NCBI GenBank assembly: GCA_964358545.1
Contig: CAYHQN010000007.1
Span: forward strand, 3,148-67,147
Reading direction: 5' to 3'
Source of the DNA: an uncultured Tangfeifania sp.
GTDB taxonomy: Bacteria > Bacteroidota > Bacteroidia > Bacteroidales > Prolixibacteraceae
DNA: 64,000 nucleotides
The translations under genes were made by a program, and so were the position numbers. Below the pieces are notes generated by a model. That model was given only the letters and a program-made list of their open reading frames with translations, was not told where the DNA came from and searched no databases. Positions 19,037 through 28,604 of the stretch are shown here, piece by piece; positions within the stretch are counted from its first letter, which is position 1; every line of letters begins with the position of its first letter.

Positions 19037-19966
19037 ATGATTGCTCTCTCCAAATATAAGAATAAGAAGAGCATTATACTTGAAAGTACAAAAATACGGG
19101 CAGAGTTTATTCCTGATCCCGGAGGTAAGCTAGCTTCTCTTATCAATAAAGAAACCGGTTACGAATATATGTTGCAGCGAAAAAACGAAAAATATCTTGA
19201 CCAGCCTTTTGCGGGGGTATTTGTAGACGGGGAATGCAGTGGTTATGATGACATGTTCCCGACCATAGATACCTGCAAGTATCAAAACGAACCCTGGAAA
19301 GAGGTTGAAATGGCCGACCATGGAGAAGTTTGGTCATTGCCCTGGGACTATTCAATAGATAACCTCTCACTACACTTATCAGTGAAAGGGGTACGTTTCC
19401 CCTATAAACTTGAGAAGAATATTTATTTCAAAGAAGAAAATTTAATTCGAATCGACTACACTTTAACTAATAACAGTACTTCCGATTTCGAATTCCTTTG
19501 GGCAGGTCATCTAATGCTAAATATTGAGGAAGGGACAAAAGTACAAGTGCCGGATGATTGCAAGCAGGTTGTAACTATATTAACAAATGGGAAAGGAGCC
19601 TTTGGAGACCTTAACAATTGGCCACATTTTAAAGATCAGGATGGAAATACTTACAGGGCTGATATATGCAGATCGAAAGATATGCTTGGGTTTGAAAAAT
19701 ACTACTTTAATAACAAATTGAAAGATGGTTGGTGTAAACTCCAATACCCCGATCATAAAAATAAATTGAAAATATCGTTTCCGGTTGGTACCGTTCCGTA
19801 TCTCGGAATTCTCATGAATGAAGGCGGGTGGGACGACCTTTATAATATTATCATTGAACCTTGTACGGTTTGCTATGACAGGCCTGATGTGGCAAAAAAA
19901 TATGGTCAGGTAAGTAAAATTGAAGCTTCAGGAATATATGAATGGTACATAGAAATTATGATATAA
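19037..19966 (+). CDS. Galactose-mutarotase-like (aldose 1-epimerase superfamily) protein
   Basis: 309 aa, beta-rich, with no signal peptide. 'AEFIPDPGGKLASLINKETGYEYM' and 'HGEVWSLPWDY' resemble aldose-epimerase-fold proteins. This is a weak, motif-level call. Confidence 0.4.
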   Translation: MIALSKYKNKKSIILESTKIRAEFIPDPGGKLASLINKETGYEYMLQRKNEKYLDQPFAGVFVDGECSGYDDMFPTIDTCKYQNEPWKEVEMADHGEVWSLPWDYSIDNLSLHLSVKGVRFPYKLEKNIYFKEENLIRIDYTLTNNSTSDFEFLWAGHLMLNIEEGTKVQVPDDCKQVVTILTNGKGAFGDLNNWPHFKDQDGNTYRADICRSKDMLGFEKYYFNNKLKDGWCKLQYPDHKNKLKISFPVGTVPYLGILMNEGGWDDLYNIIIEPCTVCYDRPDVAKKYGQVSKIEASGIYEWYIEIMI

Positions 19967-19982
19967 ACCTTAAACTAAAAAA

Positions 19983-20804
19983 ATGTCAGAAAAGATGTAT
20001 GGTAAAAAAGTTTTGGTTACCGGATCAGGAACCGGTATTGGCAGAGAGGTTGCTTTGGAATTTGCCCGGCAAGGCGCTACCGTAGTCCTGCATTATGCCC
20101 ATAGTGCCGATGGGGCAGTATCGGCAGTGGAAGAAATCCGGTCGGCAGGAGGTAAAGCAACAGCAATAAAAGCAGATTTGGGTGATGTAAGCCAGGCTCA
20201 AAGACTCGCATTGGAAGCGATTGAATTTCTGGGGGGTATTGACGTGCTGGTCAATAATGCCGGTATCACCATGACCCTTGAATTTGAAAAGGTGACCCCT
20301 GAACAGTTTGATAGGTTGTATAGCGTAAATGTCAGGGGGCAGTTTTTTATAACGCAGTCAATATTGCCGGCAATGATTAAAAAGGGAAGAGGAGCGGTTA
20401 TTAACCTTTCTTCCGTACATGGTATAAGTGCATGCAAAGGGCATTCAGTTTATGCCGGCACCAAAGGGGCCATCATTGCCTATTCACGTGAGCTTGCTGT
20501 TGAACTGGCCCCGCTGGGCATACGGGTTAATGTCATTGCCCCGGGGGCTGTGCCTGTTGAGAACCATTTCAAAGCAGCCGGGGACATGGATCTTAGCGGG
20601 CTTGGGAAACTGATCCCATGCGGCTTTGCCGGCACACCCCTTGATATTGCCAAGGTTGCCGTGTTTCTCGCCTCAGACGATGCACGGTATATTATTGGCC
20701 AAACAATAGTCGTAGACGGGGGTACCACTTCCTGGATGTCTTTCAGCGAAGGTTACAGTGAAATTGGCCTCCGCTTGGGGAAAGGGTATGTCCCGGGGCT
20801 ATAA
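19983..20804 (+). CDS. Short-chain dehydrogenase/reductase (SDR)
   Basis: It has 'VLVTGSGTGIGREVA' (TGxxxGxG), 'NNAG', and the catalytic 'S..YAGTKGA' (YxxxK). Confidence 0.85.
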   Translation: MSEKMYGKKVLVTGSGTGIGREVALEFARQGATVVLHYAHSADGAVSAVEEIRSAGGKATAIKADLGDVSQAQRLALEAIEFLGGIDVLVNNAGITMTLEFEKVTPEQFDRLYSVNVRGQFFITQSILPAMIKKGRGAVINLSSVHGISACKGHSVYAGTKGAIIAYSRELAVELAPLGIRVNVIAPGAVPVENHFKAAGDMDLSGLGKLIPCGFAGTPLDIAKVAVFLASDDARYIIGQTIVVDGGTTSWMSFSEGYSEIGLRLGKGYVPGL

Positions 20805-20910
20805 AGTAATAAACAAAAAAACATGAAATACCCATGAGACAATTTTCACACTAACCGAAAATGATTAAGTGGGTATTCCATCAGACCATTGAAAAACAAA
20901 ATTTAAACTG

Positions 20911-21696
20911 ATGAAAGGAAACATAAAACCGAAGGATTTTGATGGTAAGGTAGTGCTAGTGACTGGTGCCGGAAGCGGTATCGGAAAGGCAATTGCCAAA
21001 ATGTTCGCTTTAGAAGGGGCATTTGTGATCGCCTGTGACATCGACCGGGTTAAGGTGAAAAATACAGAAGAAGAAATCATAAAATCAAACGGAAAGTCAA
21101 TATCAAAAGATTTTGATGTTTCTGAAGAATTTCAGGTAATGGAATCCGTTGCGCAAGTTGTGAAGAAGTATGGAGCTGTTGATATTTTAATAAATGCTGC
21201 CGGCATTATTTTTTTAGGTAAGGTAGAGGATATTTCCTCAGAGCAATGGGATAGGGTTTTAGATGTAAACCTTAAAGGTACTTTTCTTATGTCCAAAGCA
21301 GTCATACCAGGCATGAAGGAACGCAATAAAGGCTGTATTATCAATATCACGGCAGCAGCTGCAAAGACCGGCGGGATGAATGTGGGAGGAAATTATGTGG
21401 CTTCCAAAGGGGGTATATCTTCCCTGACCATCCATTTGGCAAGACAGCTTGCCCCATTTGGAATCAGGGTAAATGGGATAAGTCCCGGCCCTGTAGACAC
21501 GCCCATGCTGGGAAGTGGCAGCGAAGGTGGAGACTATAATAATGAAATGCGTGAAAATATTGTAAAATCTGTACCCCTTGGAATGGGATATCCGGAAGAT
21601 ATCGCTTACGGGGCGCTTTTTCTGGCTGATGAAAAGCGTGCAAGATATATCACAGGCGAGATACTGGATATTGACGGAGGCCTTTTTATGGATTGA
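20911..21696 (+). CDS. Short-chain dehydrogenase/reductase (SDR)
   Basis: It has 'VLVTGAGSGIGKAIA', 'NAAG' and 'YVASKGG'. Confidence 0.85.
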   Translation: MKGNIKPKDFDGKVVLVTGAGSGIGKAIAKMFALEGAFVIACDIDRVKVKNTEEEIIKSNGKSISKDFDVSEEFQVMESVAQVVKKYGAVDILINAAGIIFLGKVEDISSEQWDRVLDVNLKGTFLMSKAVIPGMKERNKGCIINITAAAAKTGGMNVGGNYVASKGGISSLTIHLARQLAPFGIRVNGISPGPVDTPMLGSGSEGGDYNNEMRENIVKSVPLGMGYPEDIAYGALFLADEKRARYITGEILDIDGGLFMD

Positions 21697-21731
21697 AATG
21701 ACAGTGTTAATATTACAAAACCGAATATGAT

Positions 21732-22757
21732 ATGAGCGATAAATTACCTGATAAAAAGAAGGGACAAATGGCTGATAATAACAGCCTCCTGAGAATCTAT
21801 GAACAGATGTTGAGGATCAGGCTTTTTGAACAAAAAGCGCAGGAGCTTTATGTACAGGGACTGGTCACCGGCTCAATGCATATTTATACAGGTCAGGAAG
21901 CAATCGCAGCGACAGCAGGAGAACTGCTGCGCGAAACCGATACCATAACCAGCACCCACAGGGGACACGGGCATTGCATAGCTAAAGGTGGCCAAGCAGA
22001 CAAGATGATGGCAGAACTCCTTGGAAGGAAGACCGGTTATTGCGGCGGCAAAGGGGGCAGTATGCATATGGCCGATTTTACCAGGGGTAATCTTGGTGCA
22101 AATGGTATGGTGGGCGGAGGGCTTGCCATATCAGTCGGTGCGGGGATAACAAATGCAATCATAAAAAAAAATGACAGTGTCACCATCTGCTTTTTCGGAG
22201 AAGGTGCAACAAATGAAGGCGTTTTTCACGAGTCACTTAACTTAGCTGCATTATGGAAGTTGCCGGTTATATTTCTTTGTGAAAATAATCTTTATCAGGT
22301 ATTTACAAGCGTTGTGGAAAGTATGCCGGTAAAAGATGTAAGTATCAGGGCAATTTCTTACGGAATACCGGGAATTACCTGCGATGGGAATGATGTCCTT
22401 GAACTATATGATGTTTTGGATTCAGCAATTGAAAGGGCCAGAAATGGCCAGGGCCCTGTATTGATAGAAGCCAAAACGTATAGGTGGGAAGGTCACTACA
22501 CAGGTGATGGCCATCACAGAGGTGGCTATAGAAGCATCGAAGAAATTGACCAATGGAAAGCTAAAGACCCCATCGCAAGGCTGGCAAAATATATCATTGA
22601 GAATACCATCGCCGACAGCGAATTTCTGGGAAAAATAGAGTTAGGCTTAAAGGATGAAATAGAAAAAGCTGCCCAGTTTGCAATACAAAGTCCATGGCCT
22701 GATAACGATGATCTTTATAAAGACGTTTTTTACGAAAAGGGGGAAGTAGAGAAATGA
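21732..22757 (+). CDS. ThDP-dependent dehydrogenase E1 component, alpha subunit (acetoin/pyruvate/2-oxoacid dehydrogenase type)
   Basis: It has 'YTGQEAIA', 'HRGHGHCIAKG', 'GGKGGSMH' and the ThDP-binding 'GEGATNEG..NLAALWKLPVIFLCENN'. Confidence 0.85.
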   Translation: MSDKLPDKKKGQMADNNSLLRIYEQMLRIRLFEQKAQELYVQGLVTGSMHIYTGQEAIAATAGELLRETDTITSTHRGHGHCIAKGGQADKMMAELLGRKTGYCGGKGGSMHMADFTRGNLGANGMVGGGLAISVGAGITNAIIKKNDSVTICFFGEGATNEGVFHESLNLAALWKLPVIFLCENNLYQVFTSVVESMPVKDVSIRAISYGIPGITCDGNDVLELYDVLDSAIERARNGQGPVLIEAKTYRWEGHYTGDGHHRGGYRSIEEIDQWKAKDPIARLAKYIIENTIADSEFLGKIELGLKDEIEKAAQFAIQSPWPDNDDLYKDVFYEKGEVEK

Positions 22758-23734
22758 CAGTAATTAAATATTCTCAGGCAATAAGGGATGCTATTGCGGA
22801 AGAAATGCGAATAGACCAAAATGTGTTCGTGATGGGTCAGGACGTAGAAACAATGGGTGGTGTTTTCGGTTGCACAAAAGGAATCCTTGAAGAGTTCGGA
22901 CATGACCGGATCAGGAATACGCCGATTTCAGAAGCGGTTATTATCGGCGCAGGTGTCGGAGGCGCACTGACAGGTACCCGGATGCTGGTCGAGATGCAGT
23001 ATGTTGATTTCATTCTCCACGCTATGGACCAGACAATTAACCAGGCAGCTAAAGTACGTTACATGACAGGCGGCAAAGCTATTGTTCCCCTGGTTATACG
23101 AGCCCAGCAAGGAAGCGGAAGAGGCAATGGGGCACAACATTCTCAGAACCTTGAAGCGTTGTTTTGCCATATGCCCGGATTAAAAGTAGTGATGCCTTCC
23201 ACTCCTTATGACGCAAAAGGGTTATTAAAAACTGCTGTCAGGGATAATAATCCTATCCTGTTCTTTGAGCACAAGGTCCTCTACAACACAAAGGGTGAGG
23301 TGCCGGATACTGATTACACGATACCCTTTGGAAAAGCCGATATCAAACGCACTGGCAAAGATGTGACTGTGATCGCGACTTCCTGGATGGTACTCAGGGC
23401 GTTGGAAGCAGCGGACATTCTTGAGGAGCAGGGTATTGATGCGGAAATAATAGACCCGAGAACGCTGGTCCCACTGGATAAGGATACGATTATAAGTTCA
23501 GTTAAGAAAACGGGCAGGGCAGTAATTGTCCATGAAGCCCATGAGGTATGCGGCATCGGGGCGGAGATAGCATTTATCATCATGGAACTTGCGATTGACT
23601 GGCTCGATGCACCTGTAAAGCGGGTGACTTCTGCCCAGGCGCCTATACCGTACAGCAGTAAACTGGAGAAATTGACAATCCCTTCTGTGGATAGAATCGT
23701 GGATGCGGTAAAGGAGGTAATGTATATAAAATAG
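22754..23734 (+). CDS. ThDP-dependent dehydrogenase E1 component, beta subunit
   Basis: Its ATGA start overlaps the alpha-subunit stop. 'DVETMGGVFGCTKGL..RNTPISEA' is a transketolase-like Pyr domain, followed by a C-terminal domain. Confidence 0.85.
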   Translation: MTVIKYSQAIRDAIAEEMRIDQNVFVMGQDVETMGGVFGCTKGILEEFGHDRIRNTPISEAVIIGAGVGGALTGTRMLVEMQYVDFILHAMDQTINQAAKVRYMTGGKAIVPLVIRAQQGSGRGNGAQHSQNLEALFCHMPGLKVVMPSTPYDAKGLLKTAVRDNNPILFFEHKVLYNTKGEVPDTDYTIPFGKADIKRTGKDVTVIATSWMVLRALEAADILEEQGIDAEIIDPRTLVPLDKDTIISSVKKTGRAVIVHEAHEVCGIGAEIAFIIMELAIDWLDAPVKRVTSAQAPIPYSSKLEKLTIPSVDRIVDAVKEVMYIK

Positions 23735-23755
23735 GAGCATGCTTAAAAAAATTAT

Positions 23756-24169
23756 ATGGACATTTTTGACATAGACAAACTCCCGTACTCCGAGTTTGGC
23801 AGTATAATCAAAAGAAAGGTCAGGCTTGTAATTTCTCCTGCAACAACAGGTGAAGGGAAGGTGGCTATTGTGCATGTAAATATTCCTCCAGGAGGTATTT
23901 CTGATGGACATTTACACCGTGAAAGTGATGAATATATTCTTTTTGATAATGATGGTGCCGTAATCCTGGACGGGAAGAGACATGAAGTTATTAAAGGAAG
24001 CCTTGTTCACGCAGTTAAAGGTGTAATGCATGAATGTATAAATACAAGTGACAATAAGGAACTTAATCTTACCTGTGTGTTTGTTCCTCCTTTTGAACCA
24101 TACGGTTCTTATCCTGAACTTATAAAAAGAACAAGGGACTTTCTGAAGGATAAAGGCACAAATGAATAA
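23756..24169 (+). CDS. Cupin-domain protein
   Basis: 137 aa. 'PPGGISDGHLHRESDEYILF..G' and 'HAVKGVMHECINT' fit the two cupin motifs. Confidence 0.6.
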   Translation: MDIFDIDKLPYSEFGSIIKRKVRLVISPATTGEGKVAIVHVNIPPGGISDGHLHRESDEYILFDNDGAVILDGKRHEVIKGSLVHAVKGVMHECINTSDNKELNLTCVFVPPFEPYGSYPELIKRTRDFLKDKGTNE

Positions 24170-24196
24170 GCGAATAACATAATAACTTAAATAAAA

Positions 24197-25411
24197 ATGA
24201 CAATTGCAGTAATAATGCCAAAGCAGGGCCAAACGGTGGAGACTTGCATTATAACCAAATGGTTTAAAAATAAAGGAGATAGTGTTTCTGTCGGTGATCT
24301 TTTGTTCTCCTACGAAACGGATAAGGCTGCTTTTGACTTTGAATCACCAGCCGATGGGATACTGCTGGATCAGTTTTTTGTGGAGGGTGCCGAAGTGCCT
24401 ATTCTGACCAATGTTGCAGTGATAGGCGAAAGCGGGGAAGCGACAGCCTCTTTTAATCCTCATCAGACTGTTTCTGTAGCCTCTGATCCTCTTAATAGTC
24501 GACCTTCTGCAGAAATTAAGGATCTGAAAATCGTTCAGAATGCCCCTGATTCCAAAATCAGGATATCTCCCAAGGCAAAACGTATTGCCGGAGAGAATGG
24601 GCTTAATTACCATAATTTACACGGATCAGGGCCCGACGGCAGGATTATCACCAGAGATATTGAAAAAGTTTTATCTGATGCTGCTCCCAGTGCAAAAACT
24701 GTTCAAACAATGGGAGTTGAATACACTGAACAACCATTGAGCAATGTACGAAAACTTATTGCAAAGGCAATGTATGCCTCTTTGCAGAACTCCGCACAAC
24801 TGACACATCACATGAGCGCTGATGTTCGCCGCCTTCTTGAGGTGAGACAAAAGATCAAAAACGAAATTTCAGCCGGTAAAAACCAACAGGATATCACCTT
24901 GAATGACATGGTTTGCTGGTGTGTGATAAGGGCGCTTGAGAAATTTCCAGACGCTAACAGCCATTTTCTTGATGACCGTATCAAAACTTTCCACAAGGTA
25001 CACCTCGGTATTGCAGTTGATACACCCCGGGGATTGATGGTTCCTGCTGTAACAAATGCCAGCGACATGGATTTGGTGAAATTGTCAAAGGAACTGAAAG
25101 CCGTCGCAGCGGACTGCAGAAAAGGGAGTATCAGCCCTGAACTGCTTCAAAGCACAGCTGCCACTTTCACGATCTCAAATTTAGGGAACTATGGAGTTGA
25201 AATGTTCACCCCCATTATCAATCTTCCACAGGCTGGAATCCTGGGCGTATGTGCGATTATCAATCGTCCCGCCGACATGGGTAATAATATATTCGGTTTC
25301 GTCCCTTATATCGGATTATCCCTTACGTACGATCACAGGGCAATTGATGGGGGTCCGGCCACATTGTTTCTGAAAGAGATCAGGGAACAAATTGAGATTT
25401 TTAGTTACTGA
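24197..25411 (+). CDS. Dihydrolipoamide acyltransferase (E2) of a 2-oxoacid/acetoin dehydrogenase complex
   Basis: The lipoyl domain carries 'YETDKAAFDFESPADG'. The peripheral-subunit-binding domain is 'ISPKAKRIAGENGLNYHNLHGSGPDGRIITRDIE'. The catalytic domain ends in 'SLTYDHRAIDG'. Confidence 0.85.
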   Translation: MTIAVIMPKQGQTVETCIITKWFKNKGDSVSVGDLLFSYETDKAAFDFESPADGILLDQFFVEGAEVPILTNVAVIGESGEATASFNPHQTVSVASDPLNSRPSAEIKDLKIVQNAPDSKIRISPKAKRIAGENGLNYHNLHGSGPDGRIITRDIEKVLSDAAPSAKTVQTMGVEYTEQPLSNVRKLIAKAMYASLQNSAQLTHHMSADVRRLLEVRQKIKNEISAGKNQQDITLNDMVCWCVIRALEKFPDANSHFLDDRIKTFHKVHLGIAVDTPRGLMVPAVTNASDMDLVKLSKELKAVAADCRKGSISPELLQSTAATFTISNLGNYGVEMFTPIINLPQAGILGVCAIINRPADMGNNIFGFVPYIGLSLTYDHRAIDGGPATLFLKEIREQIEIFSY

Positions 25412-25504
25412 TGATAATTAAGCGTTGAAAAAAGAATAGGCTTAGAAGCTTAAAAATAAGGTTATTAAGGGATTTTGAGTAATTTTAAATAGGACGCAAT
25501 AAAA

Positions 25505-26290
25505 ATGAGAGTTGATTTAAAAAATAAGGTAGTAATTATCACAGGTGCAACATCCGGTATTGGACGTGGTATGGCGTTCATCTTTGCTGATAACGGGGCG
25601 ACAGTGGTGATAAACGGTATAGATGAGGAGGGAGGAAACAAGGTTGTGGAGGAGATCAGGTCCACAGGAGGAAGGGCAATCTTTATTAAAGCCAATGTGG
25701 GCGATGCAAATGAAGCCCAGGCATTGGCAGACAAGACTATTGAAGAATTCGGAAAGATTGATATCCTTATTAACAATGCCGGAATAAATATTGGTTTGAA
25801 GGACCGGGGGCCAATCCATGAATTTCCTGATGACATGTGGAAAAAGATCATAAATGTTGATCTTGACGGCGTCTACTATTGCAGCAAAGCAGTACTTCCT
25901 AATATGATTAAAAATGGTTACGGAAAAATAATCAACATCAGTTCAATCGTAGGAGTGGTTCCAATGAGAAATCAATGTGCCTTCGCCGCCGCAAAAGCAG
26001 GAGTTATACACCTTACAAAAGCAATGGCAATTGAATTGGCCTCGTCTGGGGTAAATGTGAATGTTATATGTCCAGGTTCTATTCAAGGTCCCATAATGAT
26101 AGAATCCGGAATGTACGCTGACAACAGGTTTGAAAGCATAATGTCGCATATTCCCATGAAAAAACCCGGAACACCCCAGGATATCGGATATGCAGCTCTT
26201 TATCTTGCGTCAGATCAGGCGAACTATGTAACCGGCGCTGTGCATATCGTTGACGGGGGCTGGACCTGCGGATTTGGAAGAGATTGGTAA
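25505..26290 (+). CDS. Short-chain dehydrogenase/reductase (SDR)
   Basis: It has 'VIITGATSGIGRGMA', 'NNAG' and 'FAAAKAG'. Confidence 0.85.
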   Translation: MRVDLKNKVVIITGATSGIGRGMAFIFADNGATVVINGIDEEGGNKVVEEIRSTGGRAIFIKANVGDANEAQALADKTIEEFGKIDILINNAGINIGLKDRGPIHEFPDDMWKKIINVDLDGVYYCSKAVLPNMIKNGYGKIINISSIVGVVPMRNQCAFAAAKAGVIHLTKAMAIELASSGVNVNVICPGSIQGPIMIESGMYADNRFESIMSHIPMKKPGTPQDIGYAALYLASDQANYVTGAVHIVDGGWTCGFGRDW

Positions 26291-26340
26291 AAATGAGATC
26301 TTATTCTGAAAATATTATTTAAATAATAAAGAGATATAAT

Positions 26341-26751
26341 ATGGGCAAAGGTAAAGTTATAAATTCATGGGAGGTAAAGTCTTTTGTTGTTGACAATACC
26401 TATTCTTCAAAGATGCTTATGGATAATATTGTTGCAGGAGGGAAGTCCATCCACATCAATGAAGGTACTTTAAAAGCAGGATGCAGTACACCAGGCGGAA
26501 CACATAATGCAACAGAAATTTACTACACAGTAAAGGGTGAGGCAGTTCTTCATCTTGGGGACGAATTAATCGACCTCAAATCTGGCAGCTTGGTGTATAT
26601 ACCGGCAGGAGTTTTCCACGCACTTGATAATAAGAGCCAGGTTGAAGACTTTGTATTATTGACCTTCTGGGAAGATGCAAATGATAATGAACTATATCAT
26701 GAACGAATAAAAGCGTGGGGGAAATCTTTTAAAACAATCAACGAAGATTAG
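26341..26751 (+). CDS. Cupin-domain protein
   Basis: 136 aa. 'GGTHNATEIYYTVKGEA' and 'YIPAGVFHALDN' fit the cupin motifs. Confidence 0.6.
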   Translation: MGKGKVINSWEVKSFVVDNTYSSKMLMDNIVAGGKSIHINEGTLKAGCSTPGGTHNATEIYYTVKGEAVLHLGDELIDLKSGSLVYIPAGVFHALDNKSQVEDFVLLTFWEDANDNELYHERIKAWGKSFKTINED

Positions 26752-26763
26752 CAAAATAAAAAA

Positions 26764-27810
26764 ATGGAAATAATTATCGGATTAATTTTTGTCACACTTG
26801 CCGGGTTTGGCACAGGTGCAGCTGCCTGGCCCATGAAGATCATTAAAAATATTCACTTTGAACAATATGTGTTTTATAATATTCTTTTTGGCATTGTGAT
26901 ATATCCATGGATCATCGTTTTAATAAATGTTCCGGATCCCATTCTTTTAATTAAAACTGTTGGGTTTAAACCATTACTTATATCCAATCTGTTAACGATG
27001 GCCTGGGGTGTTGCAAATTTATTGTATATGATTTGCGTTATTAGAATAGGGGCAGCACTCACAGGAGCTATTTTGTCTGCACTTGGAATGTCAGTCGGAG
27101 TTATTGTCCCACTTGTGTTAAAAGGTAGCGGACTATTTATCAATGCTCCAAACCTGATTTCGGTACCAGGTATTATCATTCTAATTGGGTTATTTGTAAT
27201 CATTGTTGGGGTGACATTGGTAAGTATTGCAGGATTTGGCCGGGAAAAGATATTAGGAAGTCAAAGTAAGCAGATAAAAAAAGAACAGGCATCAGGAAAT
27301 TTCCGGCAAGGATTACTACTGGTAATAGTCGCTGGAATTCTCTCTTGCGGTCTGGGACTTGCATTTGTTTATAGTCAGGGACCAATTATTGAGGCTGTAA
27401 AGCAACAGGGAGTTGGTGAGATAACAGCAAATTTTACTGTTTGGGCATTGGTTAGTTTGGGGGGTGTTTTAATTAACCTCATGTATGCTGCCTTTATGAT
27501 GACAAAGAAAAAGACATGGAATCTGCTTTTCGCCCGAAAGGATGAATTTTTATACGGAGCCATAATAGGTATTCAATTTATTGTTTCAATCATACTGATG
27601 GGCAGAGGAATGGTGTTACTGGGTATTCTTGGCGCATCTGTTGGTTATGGAATCCAACAGTCAATGCAGGTTGTTGGTAACCAGGTTGTAGGATTTGTGA
27701 GCGGAGAATGGAAAGGAGTAAAAGGCAAGCCAAGAAAGACAATGTATCTCGCGTTAGGCGTTATACTGATTGCCGTGATTATCCTCGCATATAGTAATAC
27801 AACTGTGTAA
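26764..27810 (+). CDS. RhaT-family (DMT superfamily) sugar:H+ symporter
   Basis: 348 aa with about 10 predicted TM helices. The size and the two-halves layout with a central charged loop ('KQIKKEQASGNFRQG') match L-rhamnose-proton symporter-like permeases. Substrate unknown. Confidence 0.55.
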   Translation: MEIIIGLIFVTLAGFGTGAAAWPMKIIKNIHFEQYVFYNILFGIVIYPWIIVLINVPDPILLIKTVGFKPLLISNLLTMAWGVANLLYMICVIRIGAALTGAILSALGMSVGVIVPLVLKGSGLFINAPNLISVPGIIILIGLFVIIVGVTLVSIAGFGREKILGSQSKQIKKEQASGNFRQGLLLVIVAGILSCGLGLAFVYSQGPIIEAVKQQGVGEITANFTVWALVSLGGVLINLMYAAFMMTKKKTWNLLFARKDEFLYGAIIGIQFIVSIILMGRGMVLLGILGASVGYGIQQSMQVVGNQVVGFVSGEWKGVKGKPRKTMYLALGVILIAVIILAYSNTTV

Positions 27811-27842
27811 CAGATACTTATTTGAAATTTTAAATTAATAAA

Positions 27843-28556
27843 ATGGTATTTTCAGAATTTGAAAAAAAGGTAGTTCTTATTACTGGAGCTGCAGGAGGCA
27901 TTGGAAGAGCACTTTGTGATAAGTTTTCAGAATACAATGCAATTGTATATCAGACAGATATTACAAAGATTGACCATCCAAATTTTATTCAGGGAGACAT
28001 CTCTGATCAGGAATTCATCAATTGTCTTGTTAATCAAATAATTGAGAAAGAAAGTAGAATTGACATCCTGGTCAACAATGCAGGGATTTGTCCAAGAACA
28101 GCCTTGTTAGACATCACTTATGATGAATGGAGAAAAGTAATGGATGTAAATTTGACTTCCGTATTTTATTTAAGTCAGGCTGTATTAAAGATAATGATCA
28201 AAAACAGATCCGGTACAATCGTTAATCTTGCTTCAGTGGCAGGACAGGTTGGTGGAATTACTGTTGGGGCCCATTACAGCGCCAGCAAGGCTGGCATAGA
28301 ATGTCTCACAAAATCGTTTGCTAAAAGTGGAGCTCAATATGGAATCCGGGTTAATGCAGTTGCACCTGGAGTAATAGATACAGCAATTCACAAAGAATCA
28401 ACGCCTGAGCAAATAGGACAATATATACAATCAATTCCATTGGGAAGAATGGGTACTCCCGAAGAAGTCGCAAATATTATTTTAGTATTGGCATCGGATT
28501 TAGCTTCTTATTTAACGGGGATTACAATTGGTATTAACGGGGGACAGAGAATGTAA
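27843..28556 (+). CDS. Short-chain dehydrogenase/reductase (SDR)
   Basis: It has 'VLITGAAGGIGRAL', 'NNAG' and 'YSASKAG'. Confidence 0.85.
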   Translation: MVFSEFEKKVVLITGAAGGIGRALCDKFSEYNAIVYQTDITKIDHPNFIQGDISDQEFINCLVNQIIEKESRIDILVNNAGICPRTALLDITYDEWRKVMDVNLTSVFYLSQAVLKIMIKNRSGTIVNLASVAGQVGGITVGAHYSASKAGIECLTKSFAKSGAQYGIRVNAVAPGVIDTAIHKESTPEQIGQYIQSIPLGRMGTPEEVANIILVLASDLASYLTGITIGINGGQRM

Positions 28557-28604
28557 TGCTTATGATTATTCGATTGATTAACAAAATCTTAGAAAATATT
28601 TAAA

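Noticed and set aside
23498-24232. Minus-strand ORFs 23498..23911 and 23912..24232
   Set aside because: They are antisense to the E1beta 3' end, the cupin gene and the E2 start, with hydrophobic or low-complexity translations and no motifs.
21732-25411. Reading the split E1alpha/E1beta/E2 set as an ordinary acetoin-utilisation (acoABC) or housekeeping PDH/BCKDH operon
   Set aside because: This reading is not fully excluded. However, there is no E3 (acoL/lpd) and no AcoR-type activator. A cupin gene interrupts E1beta and E2. The set is embedded between SDRs, glycosidases and sugar permeases under a GntR regulator, and a second fused E1 lies 5 kb downstream. The context argues for a pathway-specific role.
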